A stretch of DNA of 64,000 bases, taken from IMG/VR virus record IMGVR_UViG_3300028569_002824, positions 32,001 through 96,000 of that record. One strand, written 5' to 3'. Every line of letters begins with the position of its first letter. The stretch's first letter is position 1. Positions 37,749-48,240 of the stretch are shown here, in pieces. Position numbers and translations under genes: made by a program. The notes under the pieces are model-generated. The model was not told where the DNA came from. It saw nothing but the letters and a program-made list of their open reading frames with translations, and made no database searches. This stretch comes from a virus.

Positions 37749-38417
37749 TTAAACGTTCCAAGCAGATAAAGTGAATTTAAAGGGATTTTCTTTGATGTTT
37801 TTTACTAGATCCAACATTTGTTGAGCAATTTCTCTAATTTCTGTTTGAGCATGTTCGTTGTTTCTCAACTTAAGAAAGTTTGCAAAACTACGTAAATTGA
37901 ACATAACATCGGATTGTATTTGCGAGTTGTAAGTCTTAAAAAATCTTGCGGATTCCTTTGCTCTTTTTCTTCCAAGAACGGGTTCTATGTCTTTAATACA
38001 TTGGTGATAGAGAGTATTTCCAAGCTCTGTATAATCTTTAAGTATGTTTCTCCATTTATCATCTGCGACCCCTAAAATATTATCATCAATATTAAAATTA
38101 GATTTAATATCGTTCCAATCTTCTGGAATATAAAACTTATTTTCTTTTAATTCTTTATACCTTGCTGACTCTGCATTTATACTTGCAATGCGGTGTTTCA
38201 ATAAATGAATGTGGCTCGCAATATCGCAATCAATTAAAAAATGAACAGTTGCTTTTTCAAATGGTGTTTCGTGTCCATTTTCCCAAAGGTTTTTGATCAG
38301 TTTGCCTATTCTTAATTTTTTTTCCTCTGTTAATTCTCTAGATGTAGAAGTCCACGCTGAACAAGCAATAACCTCATCAGATCCATAATACCCCAATAGT
38401 TCTACGTTATTTTTCAT
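37749..38417 (-). CDS. thyX: Flavin-dependent thymidylate synthase (start ATG 38417)
   Basis: GHETPFE, KHRIASINAESARY, ESARF, NLRS...LR..EHAQTEIR. Confidence 0.9.
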   Translation of the reverse strand: MKNNVELLGYYGSDEVIACSAWTSTSRELTEEKKLRIGKLIKNLWENGHETPFEKATVHFLIDCDIASHIHLLKHRIASINAESARYKELKENKFYIPEDWNDIKSNFNIDDNILGVADDKWRNILKDYTELGNTLYHQCIKDIEPVLGRKRAKESARFFKTYNSQIQSDVMFNLRSFANFLKLRNNEHAQTEIREIAQQMLDLVKNIKENPFKFTLSAWNV

Positions 38418-38565
38418 TATATTCGTCTCGCAAGCCATACTGCATCCACAATTCTTTATCCACTTCAATATCTCGCACGTATTGTTTAGATTTGTTTTCT
38501 AATCGTAAAAAATATTTGTCTCCAAACAAGTTGGTTCGTATTAGTTTATCGATTATTTTTTCCAT
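38407..38565 (-). CDS. Small hypothetical protein (52 aa, not in the ORF track)
   Basis: MEKIIDKLIRTNLFGDKYFLRLENKSKQYVRDIEVDKELWMQYGLRDEYNEK; overlaps the thyX start. Confidence 0.5.
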   Translation of the reverse strand: MEKIIDKLIRTNLFGDKYFLRLENKSKQYVRDIEVDKELWMQYGLRDEYNEK

Positions 38566-38626
38566 TTATTAAAAGTGATTTTGATGTTCAAGAATAATTA
38601 CGTATTTGATGGGTTTGTTGTTTTTA

Positions 38627-38884
38627 TCATTCAACTTTCCATCCCCACCTTAGATCAAACCACGCGTGCTCTTTTTCCAACATTTGCTTGTTAAATTTAA
38701 GATCTTTTTTGCCCTCTGTGATAAACCATTGTTTAAAATCCGCAGATTGGTCTGCTGACCAGCACTTTTGATTGTACCAGTCTTCATGCTGTTTAGTAAA
38801 TTCCTCATTAAAAGTATCAAATCCAACATAAGTGAACATCTTATCCAACGCCTTTTTTACAAATTTATCAAATTTATTTCTCAT
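38627..38884 (-). CDS. Hypothetical phage protein
   Basis: 85 aa behind TTGACA, 16 nt, TAATAT. Confidence 0.55.
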   Translation of the reverse strand: MRNKFDKFVKKALDKMFTYVGFDTFNEEFTKQHEDWYNQKCWSADQSADFKQWFITEGKKDLKFNKQMLEKEHAWFDLRWGWKVE

Positions 38885-38965
38885 TTGTAAATATTAACTC
38901 ATCAACAGAAAATGTCAAATATTTTTTTTTTGTTTGTTGTTTAATAAATTGATGTGCGCGTGTTA

Positions 38966-39232
38966 TCAAATATTCCAAATCATTGAAGACACCGTATCTC
39001 CACATTGGTCGCAAGGTTCTGGATCGCACTCATAAAAATCATATTGGAAAAGCTTTACTACTTCAGATAATTGAATGTGGTTTTCTTTAACTTGTTCTTT
39101 TAATTTATTTATCACATGATTTATAATCTCTTCTTGTTCTTGTTCTGGTAAATTTACTAAACTTTCTCCGTTTACATAAAAACCAAAAGCAGTACATCCT
39201 TCAGTTTCTTGAAATTTATATTTAGTTTTCAT
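38966..39232 (-). CDS. Hypothetical protein with a C-terminal CDQCGD
   Basis: 88-aa ORF. Confidence 0.5.
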   Translation of the reverse strand: MKTKYKFQETEGCTAFGFYVNGESLVNLPEQEQEEIINHVINKLKEQVKENHIQLSEVVKLFQYDFYECDPEPCDQCGDTVSSMIWNI

Positions 39233-39410
39233 GTTTAGGTTCAGGTTGCAAAATTTTTAACCGATTGTCTGTTTTTAGTTGATTGTTGATAGGGTTTTGT
39301 TTGTTAATAAAATACCCAAATACTATAGCTATTATTATTATTAACCACACAGTCACTCCAAATATTACATTTAACCACATCTTTTTCATTACTGTATCTA
39401 AATTATTCAT
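39222..39410 (-). CDS. Small single-TM protein
   Basis: Hydrophobic VIFGVTVWLIIIIAIVFGYF. Confidence 0.5.
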   Translation of the reverse strand: MNNLDTVMKKMWLNVIFGVTVWLIIIIAIVFGYFINKQNPINNQLKTDNRLKILQPEPKHEN

Positions 39411-39636
39411 GTGATACCGTTGAGACGTTTAAGTCATCAGTTGAATATAGTTTTTCTTTATAAGATCTCAAAAGAATTCGACCATAACGGGTGATGCTTT
39501 GTTTAGCATAATCATCTAACCTATCAAAACAACCATCAGCAATTAAACCGCTTTCGTACAAAGCGTGTTCCTCCATTACCTCCAAGTCGCTTTGGGTTAG
39601 CTCATGTTGCAATAATTTATGCTGAAAGTGATTCAT
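39403..39636 (-). CDS. Hypothetical protein
   Basis: 77-aa coupled ORF. Confidence 0.5.
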   Translation of the reverse strand: MNHFQHKLLQHELTQSDLEVMEEHALYESGLIADGCFDRLDDYAKQSITRYGRILLRSYKEKLYSTDDLNVSTVSHE

Positions 39637-40117
39637 CGTCTTTTACTCCGGTATCTTTTTCTTTCCAATAGGCTTCTAGTGATTCGTCACAAGCAACATA
39701 CCCATCTTTCCTAGCTTGTTCATAAGATAGAGTTCTGTACCAACCACCTCGTTTGCAGGATTCTCCATGTTTTCCGGTTACTTCACAAGTATATGCAGAC
39801 CTTCTTTCTGCTTGGTCAATAATATCATTAAGAATATCACTTTCGATATTGTCTGCATTATTGATGGTTGTATAGAAGGATAGAGTCCCAAACTTTTCTT
39901 TAATCTGATTTGCTACAACCTGTACTTGCATTCCACTTCTATAAAAACAGAGATCACAGAAATATTGCATTTTTCCCATGCATTCATCAAGAAGGTTATA
40001 CCATCCATCATCACATTCCATTCCCCATGCCATACAAGTTTGCGTCTTATCTCCTTTATAGTCTCTGAGAATTTTAGGATATTTTTTAACGAGTTCTAGT
40101 TCTAGTTCTTCTTTCAT
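39617..40117 (-). CDS. Conserved phage hypothetical protein
   Basis: GMECDDGW, QIKEKFGTLSFY, CEVTG. Confidence 0.65.
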   Translation of the reverse strand: MKEELELELVKKYPKILRDYKGDKTQTCMAWGMECDDGWYNLLDECMGKMQYFCDLCFYRSGMQVQVVANQIKEKFGTLSFYTTINNADNIESDILNDIIDQAERRSAYTCEVTGKHGESCKRGGWYRTLSYEQARKDGYVACDESLEAYWKEKDTGVKDDESLSA

Positions 40118-40120
40118 ATA

Positions 40121-40438
40121 TTAAAATCCATCAAAATTGTTTTTTATCATTTCGTTTTCATTTTTTTCTTCCCAACATTTTTTGTTATAATCCCAATGCC
40201 TTGAGTCATAAAAATGTATCTCTAGTTCTAAGCCACAAAAGTTCAGCTTCAATCTAATACCAGCGTGATCTTTGCCTGTAAGTTTACAGTCAAACTCAAA
40301 TGAGAGTAAGTTGTAATTTGAAAAAAAGGTCTCAATTTCTAAGTGTTTATTTTTAGATACCTGTTTATGGAACGATTTAAGCTTATACCAAAAATTTGGC
40401 TTCTTCGTAAAGTTATAAATTGTAAAATTAAAATACAT
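40121..40438 (-). CDS. Hypothetical phage protein
   Basis: DHAG...YDSRHWDY pattern. Confidence 0.55.
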   Translation of the reverse strand: MYFNFTIYNFTKKPNFWYKLKSFHKQVSKNKHLEIETFFSNYNLLSFEFDCKLTGKDHAGIRLKLNFCGLELEIHFYDSRHWDYNKKCWEEKNENEMIKNNFDGF

Positions 40439-40447
40439 AAAAATAAC

Positions 40448-40660
40448 TTATCTCATTAGATGAAAGGCCTTTATTGCATCTGGGTTATCTTCAGAACAAT
40501 CTTTATACTCTCCGTAATACCACTTGGCTTCATGAGGACCGGTTATGTGCTTTAATTTTACTGCTTTTGGAGCGCTGTAATCTCCTTCATAACCGTCCAC
40601 TACTACCAGAGTTTCTGGATCTAAGTTTTGCAACATGTCAATTAATTCTCTTGCTTTCAT
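40448..40660 (-). CDS. Hypothetical phage protein
   Basis: MKARELIDML..DPE..VVVDGYEG. Confidence 0.55.
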   Translation of the reverse strand: MKARELIDMLQNLDPETLVVVDGYEGDYSAPKAVKLKHITGPHEAKWYYGEYKDCSEDNPDAIKAFHLMR

Positions 40661-40745
40661 ATATATTGGATTAAGAATACATCTAAACAATAAACAATCA
40701 ACTTGCAAATTTTTCTGTGTATTTAAATTAACATTTCAAGGCATA

Positions 40746-42410
40746 CTACACTTCCAACGGAGGTTTGTTAGTAGTTGTCAGTAAGTTTATAGTAGAAGAT
40801 TCTTTGCAATATTTATTATAAATTAAACGATCCCATTTAGTACGCTCCAAAAAAATGGTTTGTGTCTCCTGGCTCAGATCAGTAAAGTTTATTTCAGCTA
40901 AAGTATTATTAGAATTTTTTGAGATAGTAGCAAATATTTTATCAGCAAGAGAGTATGTTAAGTTGTAACAACACGAAAATACAAAATTTAATAAATTGTC
41001 TATATGAGATATGTTGGAAATTGTATACTCGTCTAACATAGAGATTGCTGAGTCCACATGAGATTGGGATATTTCTACCTCATCAGCTACTCCAACCAGC
41101 TTTCTGATTAACCAACTATCTTGCATTTCACTCGACATTATATATTCATTAAAATTATTAGAAACAATCTTGCGCCGTTTACGCTCATGAGAAGAATTGT
41201 CACTTTTAAGGTAATTGAAGAATGATATTGTCTTTGAAAAACACTCTCTTAATGCAGCATAAAACATAGGAGATGCGTCATTAGTTTTACATATTATTTC
41301 GAATAATTTAGACCGGATTAATTCAACTCCTGACGATTCAACGGAAATAGCAAACACAAAAAACTTCCAATTATTATTGAATCCCTCTAATAAATTACTC
41401 AATAATATCTCTTTAATCTTAGATTCTGAGTTAACTGTTCGAAATTGCTTATTGTCATTAGAGACGCCATTTAAATCATGTACTAAAAGAGTAGCAACAA
41501 CAAGACCTCTGTCATTTAAAACGCAAATATGCATCAGATCAGAATGCCTCCACTTGTGTAATTCACAATATTTAATCATCAATCGAAACATGACAGAGAC
41601 CGCATACGTGCCTGCACATTTGGGAACATGAACAAAAACAGGAATTTTACGACAATATTCTGTTGAGGAAGGTTGCAGTGAGTTGTTTAGCGATCTTCTT
41701 AAACATTCGATTGCTGATCCTTTGGTTGTATAATTTGTACACTTTGTGTGAATAATTACAGAAGCGGGCTTTATATTCTCATGTCTCAAAGTAATATCCA
41801 TGGGATCAGATATGTTTAATATAAGCTCGCTATCCATGCACCTAGTTTGGTACATATGTTTAATTGACTCATAATAAGCAAAATCGTAATTAGTTTTAAT
41901 TTGCTCCAAACCTCTATTTACAAACACTTGATTTAAATGAGACAAAAACTCGTCTGTTCGGTTGTAAACTGCCACTCCGTTAATATGATCTTTGTTTGGA
42001 TCATTCTGAAAGGATGCATTTCCAAAATAACGAGATCCGTATATAAACCATTTATCTCCAGGGAGCTGACTTAATTTTTCATTAATGTATTTATCAAACC
42101 CGTGTATCAATATACAATCAGATTCTAATACCAACACCCGTTTATATTCTTTTGTCTTATAATTCATTAAAAAATGAAATATACGAGTAGTTGGATTAAT
42201 TACATTGGAGTCATCAATGATAACAAAGTTAACAACAGAAGACATTCCAATTAACTTATTATAATATTCAGGGGTATATGTTAATTCATCTAAAAAAACG
42301 TATATGCTAATTTCTGTTACCAATGAATGGAGAATGCGGTTGATTAAGTCAAATAAACGACCATCCACCAATTCTTTATGATACGATTGAATAAATATTG
42401 CTTCGATCAT
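40746..42410 (-). CDS. GT-A-like domain fused to a sulfotransferase domain
   Basis: N-terminal LVLESDC, HINGVAVY, YDF; C-terminal FVHVPKCAGT, LRE..SKTISFF, WDRLIY. Confidence 0.7.
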   Translation of the reverse strand: MIEAIFIQSYHKELVDGRLFDLINRILHSLVTEISIYVFLDELTYTPEYYNKLIGMSSVVNFVIIDDSNVINPTTRIFHFLMNYKTKEYKRVLVLESDCILIHGFDKYINEKLSQLPGDKWFIYGSRYFGNASFQNDPNKDHINGVAVYNRTDEFLSHLNQVFVNRGLEQIKTNYDFAYYESIKHMYQTRCMDSELILNISDPMDITLRHENIKPASVIIHTKCTNYTTKGSAIECLRRSLNNSLQPSSTEYCRKIPVFVHVPKCAGTYAVSVMFRLMIKYCELHKWRHSDLMHICVLNDRGLVVATLLVHDLNGVSNDNKQFRTVNSESKIKEILLSNLLEGFNNNWKFFVFAISVESSGVELIRSKLFEIICKTNDASPMFYAALRECFSKTISFFNYLKSDNSSHERKRRKIVSNNFNEYIMSSEMQDSWLIRKLVGVADEVEISQSHVDSAISMLDEYTISNISHIDNLLNFVFSCCYNLTYSLADKIFATISKNSNNTLAEINFTDLSQETQTIFLERTKWDRLIYNKYCKESSTINLLTTTNKPPLEV

Positions 42411-45091
42411 ACATTACAGCATTTATTTTTTTTGGTTAGTGAAACAAAATCACCACCTTCATTAGTATCACCCTCATTAGCATCAACTTCATGAAAGTTA
42501 ATTTTTACGTATTTTGTGCTATTATCATATCCGTTAGTTAAAAACGCGGTTCTTTTAAAGAATTTAAATTTTCCGATCTGCTCTAGTCTGTGAATATGTT
42601 TGTTGCACGAATCAATTGAATCTTTATTTAAAGCGAGTAAAGGAGAGCTTTCCGTGTTAATTCCATATTTTAATTGACATCTTTTTATCTCTTCAATTTC
42701 TTGTTGTTGTGTAGTAACGCTTTTTAATTTCAAAACGTTGGTTATAAACGGAAAAAATATTGGATCTACACACTCTTCGTCTACAACACATTCGTTACCG
42801 TCTAATACAGCCAACTGCTCGAAAATGTCAGTAAGCCCAATGGACTTCTTTGAAAGAGCTTTCCAAAAATTATAAACCCCAACTATTGATTGATTTCTAA
42901 TACAAAAATCAGACGAAAAAAAGTTCTGCTGTTCAATAAACTTGCGTATTCGAGTCAGTATATTCTCCGAACTAATAAATATACTATCATTTAAGTGTTG
43001 AATAAATAGATTTATAGTCAACGCAGACACAGTATTGTCTGGAGCTGTCTCTATTCTTTTACAAAACTTGTATTGTATTTCTTCAAATATATTGTTAACT
43101 AATAATACAACTCGAAGATTTATTGAATGTTGGGTTATTTTGTTGATAAATGAATCTATATACATTTCTCCGTTTATAAGAAACTGATCACCCAATAAAA
43201 GAATACTTCCGGATTTTGTGTTATTAAACGCAAAATCCAACAGATGCTCATGAGCTTCTGCTTCAGATCCCCCACTGGATACTTTTATTTTGTCTACTGT
43301 TCGGTTATGTCGGAGAATAGAAGAGCCGTTCGAAAGCATAGTCGTAAATCTAGGGGGTGATACGCCCAACATTTGAGCTATATCTCTATTCATGAATGAT
43401 ATGTTGTTATTAGCAATTAAGCTGTTCATTAAACTGTTTATTTTTTTTGCTGAATAGCAGATAATGCAAAGAATACTTTTATCTTTAAGGCTGTTGGTCG
43501 ATAATAGTTGGTTATAATCACAAGTTAATTCAGCTATATGAGTCGATTCACTTAATACGTTGTTGTGGTTATATACTCCGATGACATCTTCATCAAAGAT
43601 AAACACGTTTTCAACCGAAGTGTGTTTATCACAAACGTTTGTTGTAATGTTCCCATTAGACTCTCTTTCGACGAAAGTTATGCTGTTACGTTTAAACATC
43701 GTTTGAATTGTATCACTGTTGACGTCCTTGTTATTAATACTCAATGTTCCGTTTACAACGTTATTTGTTACGTTAAAAAGTGACGATTCTAGAGACAACC
43801 GAATATGCAACGACGAATCAGAATTCGCCACAATAGTGTTTTCTGAAAACAAGACTCCTCTGCAATGACCAAACGAAGAAAGCAGTGAATTAGAATGATC
43901 ACAAAACCCACTAATATTAAAATAATTGTTGTAAATATAAGTGTATTTAATTGGGGATTTAATTGGTTGATTAAAATCATGATCCCATCCAACATAATCA
44001 GAAAAAGACACGCTTTTACCGGGAATAAACTGGCGAGCAGCATCCTTTACTCTTTCTCCGTCCCCAATAGAAACATTATATCTGACGCAATTATTAGCCG
44101 TTCCTCCTAAAAACATAATAAACCCACCAAAATTGTTGGTTGATTTATTTTTTTGTATTAGCAATAAATGGCTATTCGGTCCAACAACAATTGCAGTAGA
44201 GCGCTTAACTCCATATGACCCACTAATTATATTACCTTCTATTATAATACTATCACAATTGCTCAACGAAATTCCTGAGGACTCCGACTGTGCACAATCA
44301 TCAAAAAATTTTCCTGAGTTTGATATAACATTATTAACAACAGAACCTCTCGTTATATATGTTAACTGAAACGAAGAAGATGTAGTATTTATGGTTTCGT
44401 TATTTGTTAGTGTCACATCAGAAAAAACGGCACCGCTTAAGTCAGTCGCCTCGTCGTTAGGTTTGCTGTGGCTTAGAGAATATACGACGTTGAATAACAC
44501 AGAATGACATCTAATTCCTTCAAATGCACATTTTTCTATTGTTATATTGTTGATGCAATTGCTGTTAATTTTAGTTGCAGTAAACATCAATGCTCCAGAA
44601 GAGACATTCGATGGATCCACACCATGGAAATACACTCGTTTAAAAATAATTCCAGAATAATCGTAGCTACTAATTCGATCGTCATTAAAACTAACACATA
44701 CGTTGCCTCTTTTAATCTCAAGATTACTGAAAATGACGTTGGAACAGTTTTTAAAATGAACGCTTCGAATTGCAGTTCTATCGTTTAATCGAGGCATAAT
44801 AACTGGTCTATTCAAATCACTATCGCCGATTGCTTGATACGAACTAAACGTTATTTTTTCATTTTTTGTTCCGTGTACGTCACGTAAGACTAACGATCCA
44901 ACGAAAGTCTGTCCATTCCGCAATAAAATACAGTCTCCCGGTTTGAACGGACAAATTGTGTGATGATCATTTACTTTGCATAATGTTTTCCATGCCAGCG
45001 TTTCAGACTGGCCAGAATTTTCGTCTGAACCGTAAAGCGAATCAACAAAAAATGTTTGGGCATTTGTTGTGTGGGCCTGTTGTACTATCAT
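42407..45091 (-). CDS. Right-handed beta-helix (polysaccharide-lyase-like) protein with a C-terminal alpha/beta domain
   Basis: FFVDSLYGSDENSG...AWKTL..V...PGD.ILL..G start with Asn-rich coil repeats; TAAATA at 45099-45104. Confidence 0.7.
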   Translation of the reverse strand: MIVQQAHTTNAQTFFVDSLYGSDENSGQSETLAWKTLCKVNDHHTICPFKPGDCILLRNGQTFVGSLVLRDVHGTKNEKITFSSYQAIGDSDLNRPVIMPRLNDRTAIRSVHFKNCSNVIFSNLEIKRGNVCVSFNDDRISSYDYSGIIFKRVYFHGVDPSNVSSGALMFTATKINSNCINNITIEKCAFEGIRCHSVLFNVVYSLSHSKPNDEATDLSGAVFSDVTLTNNETINTTSSSFQLTYITRGSVVNNVISNSGKFFDDCAQSESSGISLSNCDSIIIEGNIISGSYGVKRSTAIVVGPNSHLLLIQKNKSTNNFGGFIMFLGGTANNCVRYNVSIGDGERVKDAARQFIPGKSVSFSDYVGWDHDFNQPIKSPIKYTYIYNNYFNISGFCDHSNSLLSSFGHCRGVLFSENTIVANSDSSLHIRLSLESSLFNVTNNVVNGTLSINNKDVNSDTIQTMFKRNSITFVERESNGNITTNVCDKHTSVENVFIFDEDVIGVYNHNNVLSESTHIAELTCDYNQLLSTNSLKDKSILCIICYSAKKINSLMNSLIANNNISFMNRDIAQMLGVSPPRFTTMLSNGSSILRHNRTVDKIKVSSGGSEAEAHEHLLDFAFNNTKSGSILLLGDQFLINGEMYIDSFINKITQHSINLRVVLLVNNIFEEIQYKFCKRIETAPDNTVSALTINLFIQHLNDSIFISSENILTRIRKFIEQQNFFSSDFCIRNQSIVGVYNFWKALSKKSIGLTDIFEQLAVLDGNECVVDEECVDPIFFPFITNVLKLKSVTTQQQEIEEIKRCQLKYGINTESSPLLALNKDSIDSCNKHIHRLEQIGKFKFFKRTAFLTNGYDNSTKYVKINFHEVDANEGDTNEGGDFVSLTKKNKCCNV

Positions 45092-45125
45092 TTGAGTTTA
45101 TTTATCCAGTAACGGAGAAAAACTG

Positions 45126-46103
45126 TTATGAAATAGTATTTATAGTAGCATTATATAATTGTAAGTTATTTTCATACACTAAGCTAAGTTCTGAATCCCA
45201 AAAGCTTGATGTAGCAGAATTTACGTAATTTTTATACTCAGAGCTATTATTCCAATCTTGATTTCTGTCTATTCTAACTTGAAATACGTCTATTATATTA
45301 GGTTTAACATACTTAAAATGAGCAATTGCAAAAACATCTTTAAAAAATTTCAAAAATTGATTTGTTTCACTCCAACCTTTGTATGCACTTTCTGGAGGCC
45401 ACCAACACGTAAAGTCATTAGGAAGAATCCAATGCATACCTACAGATAAATGGTGTGTTTTATAAAAATCGTACTTAAAAAAACTTTTTTTGGACAGACA
45501 CACAGATGAAGAGTTTGGTCTTTTTGACCCGTTTGTTATTATGTGGCGAACCCCTCCTTTTACGTCAAGCGATCCATCCGGAGCTATTGTAGCACGAATT
45601 GTATCTTCTGTAAATTTATGAAAGCAATTTGACTGAGCTGAAAACGGCTCACCTTCTTTAAGAATGTTTTGATTAAACGAAGGTGGATAAAAGTCGACGA
45701 GAACGGTTTGTGCAATATTGGCGTTAGTGTCTTCCATAGATGAAACGAGTTGTGGAAGCGACATACCATCTTTAAGGAGTAAAATTTCGTCTATATCAAC
45801 GACTAAACACCACTTGTCCAGAAGCAAATTATTTAAGATTGAATTTACCCAATCAATTCCAAATTTAGCATCAGCATAAGAACTGTTGTTGCTGTATACC
45901 TCTACATTTAAATTATCTATTGTCATTAAATATTCAACGGATCCGTCACTAGAGTTGTTGTCGATAAAAACAAAGTGAGTTACTCCTAACTTTTTATAAT
46001 AATCAATAAAAAACGGAAGCAATAAAAGCTCATTCCAAATGACACATATTAATATTATACTCATGTCGTCAGGCGCTGAGTGAAATCGAATGGCGGTTTT
46101 CAT
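45126..46103 (-). CDS. GT2-like glycosyltransferase (Glyco_tranf_2_4 type)
   Basis: NE..LPFFIDYYKKLGV.HF.FIDNNSSDGS, WCLVVDIDE, HFKY. Confidence 0.85.
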   Translation of the reverse strand: MKTAIRFHSAPDDMSIILICVIWNELLLLPFFIDYYKKLGVTHFVFIDNNSSDGSVEYLMTIDNLNVEVYSNNSSYADAKFGIDWVNSILNNLLLDKWCLVVDIDEILLLKDGMSLPQLVSSMEDTNANIAQTVLVDFYPPSFNQNILKEGEPFSAQSNCFHKFTEDTIRATIAPDGSLDVKGGVRHIITNGSKRPNSSSVCLSKKSFFKYDFYKTHHLSVGMHWILPNDFTCWWPPESAYKGWSETNQFLKFFKDVFAIAHFKYVKPNIIDVFQVRIDRNQDWNNSSEYKNYVNSATSSFWDSELSLVYENNLQLYNATINTIS

Positions 46104-46121
46104 TAATTGTTTGTTTGAATA

Positions 46122-46853
46122 TTAGATTTGGGTAACAGGAATGTCGTTTATTGTTGCCAATAATTCAGCACACGGTCTTTTATACATAAATGAAGGAAGT
46201 ACCTTACTATTAGGCTTAAGAGCTGAATGTGGAAATTTTTGATCAATTTTTGTCATGTCGTCTAAGATCTGAGTTATCTCAGAATCAGATTCGTATAAAT
46301 TACTCAAGCATTCATGGACGTTAAAGTATTTCCAGCGAACGTCAGCAGTAAAAGTCTTAATGACTTCTGTCTTCCACTTTTCTATTAAAGCAAACGCAGG
46401 TTGTGTGCATACCAAAAACCAGCTTGGAGCTATTCTGTTTCCAGCTATTGGATTTATACTCTTTGTAGAAAACCAATAACTAAAAAACTTATTGGAGTCA
46501 TCTACTAAAGAATTTATAAAATTCTCAAGTGGAAACATTGGATACACACTTGCGTCAACCCAAACTCCGCCAAATTTAGACAACAACAGTAACCGCAACA
46601 AATCAGACTGACCAGAGCCAATCGGTCGCTCTCGAGCAGAGCATTTCAGTATATCAAAAAATTCAGGAACATGATCTCTGATAGTGTTCCTGTTTAATAC
46701 TCGGACCGACCATGTATCTCCATTGAACGCTTTCCAGCGATCAATACAAAGCTTGTTTAATGGCGGAACACTTTGATCATACTCTCCTTGATCCCAATAC
46801 ATCCAGATTATTTTATGAGTTATATTGGTTGTAGTAAATGTTGAGTGGTTCAT
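46122..46853 (-). CDS. Capsular-polysaccharide-synthesis/GT32-like DxD glycosyltransferase
   Basis: IIWMYWDQG, SDLLRLLLLSKFGGVWVDAS, YFNVH. Confidence 0.85.
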   Translation of the reverse strand: MNHSTFTTTNITHKIIWMYWDQGEYDQSVPPLNKLCIDRWKAFNGDTWSVRVLNRNTIRDHVPEFFDILKCSARERPIGSGQSDLLRLLLLSKFGGVWVDASVYPMFPLENFINSLVDDSNKFFSYWFSTKSINPIAGNRIAPSWFLVCTQPAFALIEKWKTEVIKTFTADVRWKYFNVHECLSNLYESDSEITQILDDMTKIDQKFPHSALKPNSKVLPSFMYKRPCAELLATINDIPVTQI

Positions 46854-46870
46854 AACAGAAAACGTGATGG

Positions 46871-47491
46871 TTATGTTGTTTTTTCAAATGTGTAGTTAAA
46901 CAGTTTAATATCATTAGCAAATCGTTCTTCGACAAACTTTGCTGTATCTGGAGTATATAACTCAGAATAATGGATGTTGCTGTGAGTTGAGTTTAATCTT
47001 TTTATTCGCCCTCCATTAATACCAAACAAGTCACACATCAATTTAAAATAAACATCAAGTTCTTCGAAGCGACCAATAAAATCGACATCAATATTACCTT
47101 TATTATCAGTGAGATATTGAGACGATTGATTGAACACCCAACTCGGAGCAGAATGCACAAATTCTTCAAAAGACATATTTTGATCAATTGTATGGACGCT
47201 GTGTTTGTTTACTTTAAGATAGTTAAACCACGAAACTACTTTGTCCCACGGGTTTCTGACAAACCCAGCAGTAATTACATTTTCGGTTGAATATGTTGTT
47301 TTTATAGCAGAAATTGAAACATGTTTACCTTCGATGTTGTGCAATTGAGTATTAGATTTATTTGTTTTAATAAATGTCACGTCTTTGCTGTTACAAAAAT
47401 CCACTAAAAAACGCTCAATCGATGTGGTACCGGTTTTAGGTACAGCAACGTAACAAAATGATAGTTCCTTACAATAAATCATATTGTGCAA
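46871..47491 (-). CDS. Sulfotransferase family 2 protein
   Basis: VAVPKTGTTS, FVRNPWDKVVSWF, DFIGRFEEL, DIKLFNYTF. Confidence 0.88.
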   Translation of the reverse strand: MHNMIYCKELSFCYVAVPKTGTTSIERFLVDFCNSKDVTFIKTNKSNTQLHNIEGKHVSISAIKTTYSTENVITAGFVRNPWDKVVSWFNYLKVNKHSVHTIDQNMSFEEFVHSAPSWVFNQSSQYLTDNKGNIDVDFIGRFEELDVYFKLMCDLFGINGGRIKRLNSTHSNIHYSELYTPDTAKFVEERFANDIKLFNYTFEKTT

Positions 47492-48240
47492 ATTATACCT
47501 CTGTTTTTATAAAAATTCAATTCGTCCGCTACTAAATTATCTGCTGTCAATTTTAATTTATTAGAGAAAAACGACGCAGTATCAAGCATAACGTTGCTGC
47601 TTATTAATAGGTTGAGTTGTTCGGGCATAAGTTTATACAGCGACGACGAACATTTTTTTGCATTTAATAATAACGGTGCTTTGTCGTTTGAAAATAAATG
47701 ATCTATTTGTAAATATAAATTTTTTCTCCAGCAAAATTTATAAATTTCTTGAACTGAGATTTTGTCATGAAATACCATATTATCCGGTAATGGACTATCA
47801 GGGAGCATTACTACATGTGTTGTACGTTTATTATTATGTTTATTAATTTGTTGACAAAGACTGTCAAAAGATTCAAACCCAGCTTCAGTTTGATTGCTTG
47901 TGCTATTAATGAATTGTTCGAAAGTTAATGTAAAGTCTGTGACAGATCCTTCTGAATTCAAAAACACATATTTGCTCAAATATCGTGAAACTAAGTTGCA
48001 ATACGGATTTCTGCCAAATAAAACTAACTTATAATTACTGTAATCAACACCTTCGACTAGCGGACTTTTATAAAAGGTTTTGTAAATTTTAGAATTTATG
48101 TCTAAAAATCTAGCACAAGTATTATTTAGTATGGGACCTTTACTAAGATGGGTTATTATACTCAACAAAGAAGCGAATCCACAATTCTCATCCCATGCAA
48201 AAATTACATTGATTGGATTATTAATAACATGATACGTCAT
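47479..48240 (-). CDS. Divergent sulfotransferase-2-like protein (PSB Lys absent)
   Basis: WDENCGFAS, LFGRNPYCNLVSRY; paralog of 55889-56683. Confidence 0.65.
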   Translation of the reverse strand: MTYHVINNPINVIFAWDENCGFASLLSIITHLSKGPILNNTCARFLDINSKIYKTFYKSPLVEGVDYSNYKLVLFGRNPYCNLVSRYLSKYVFLNSEGSVTDFTLTFEQFINSTSNQTEAGFESFDSLCQQINKHNNKRTTHVVMLPDSPLPDNMVFHDKISVQEIYKFCWRKNLYLQIDHLFSNDKAPLLLNAKKCSSSLYKLMPEQLNLLISSNVMLDTASFFSNKLKLTADNLVADELNFYKNRGIICTI

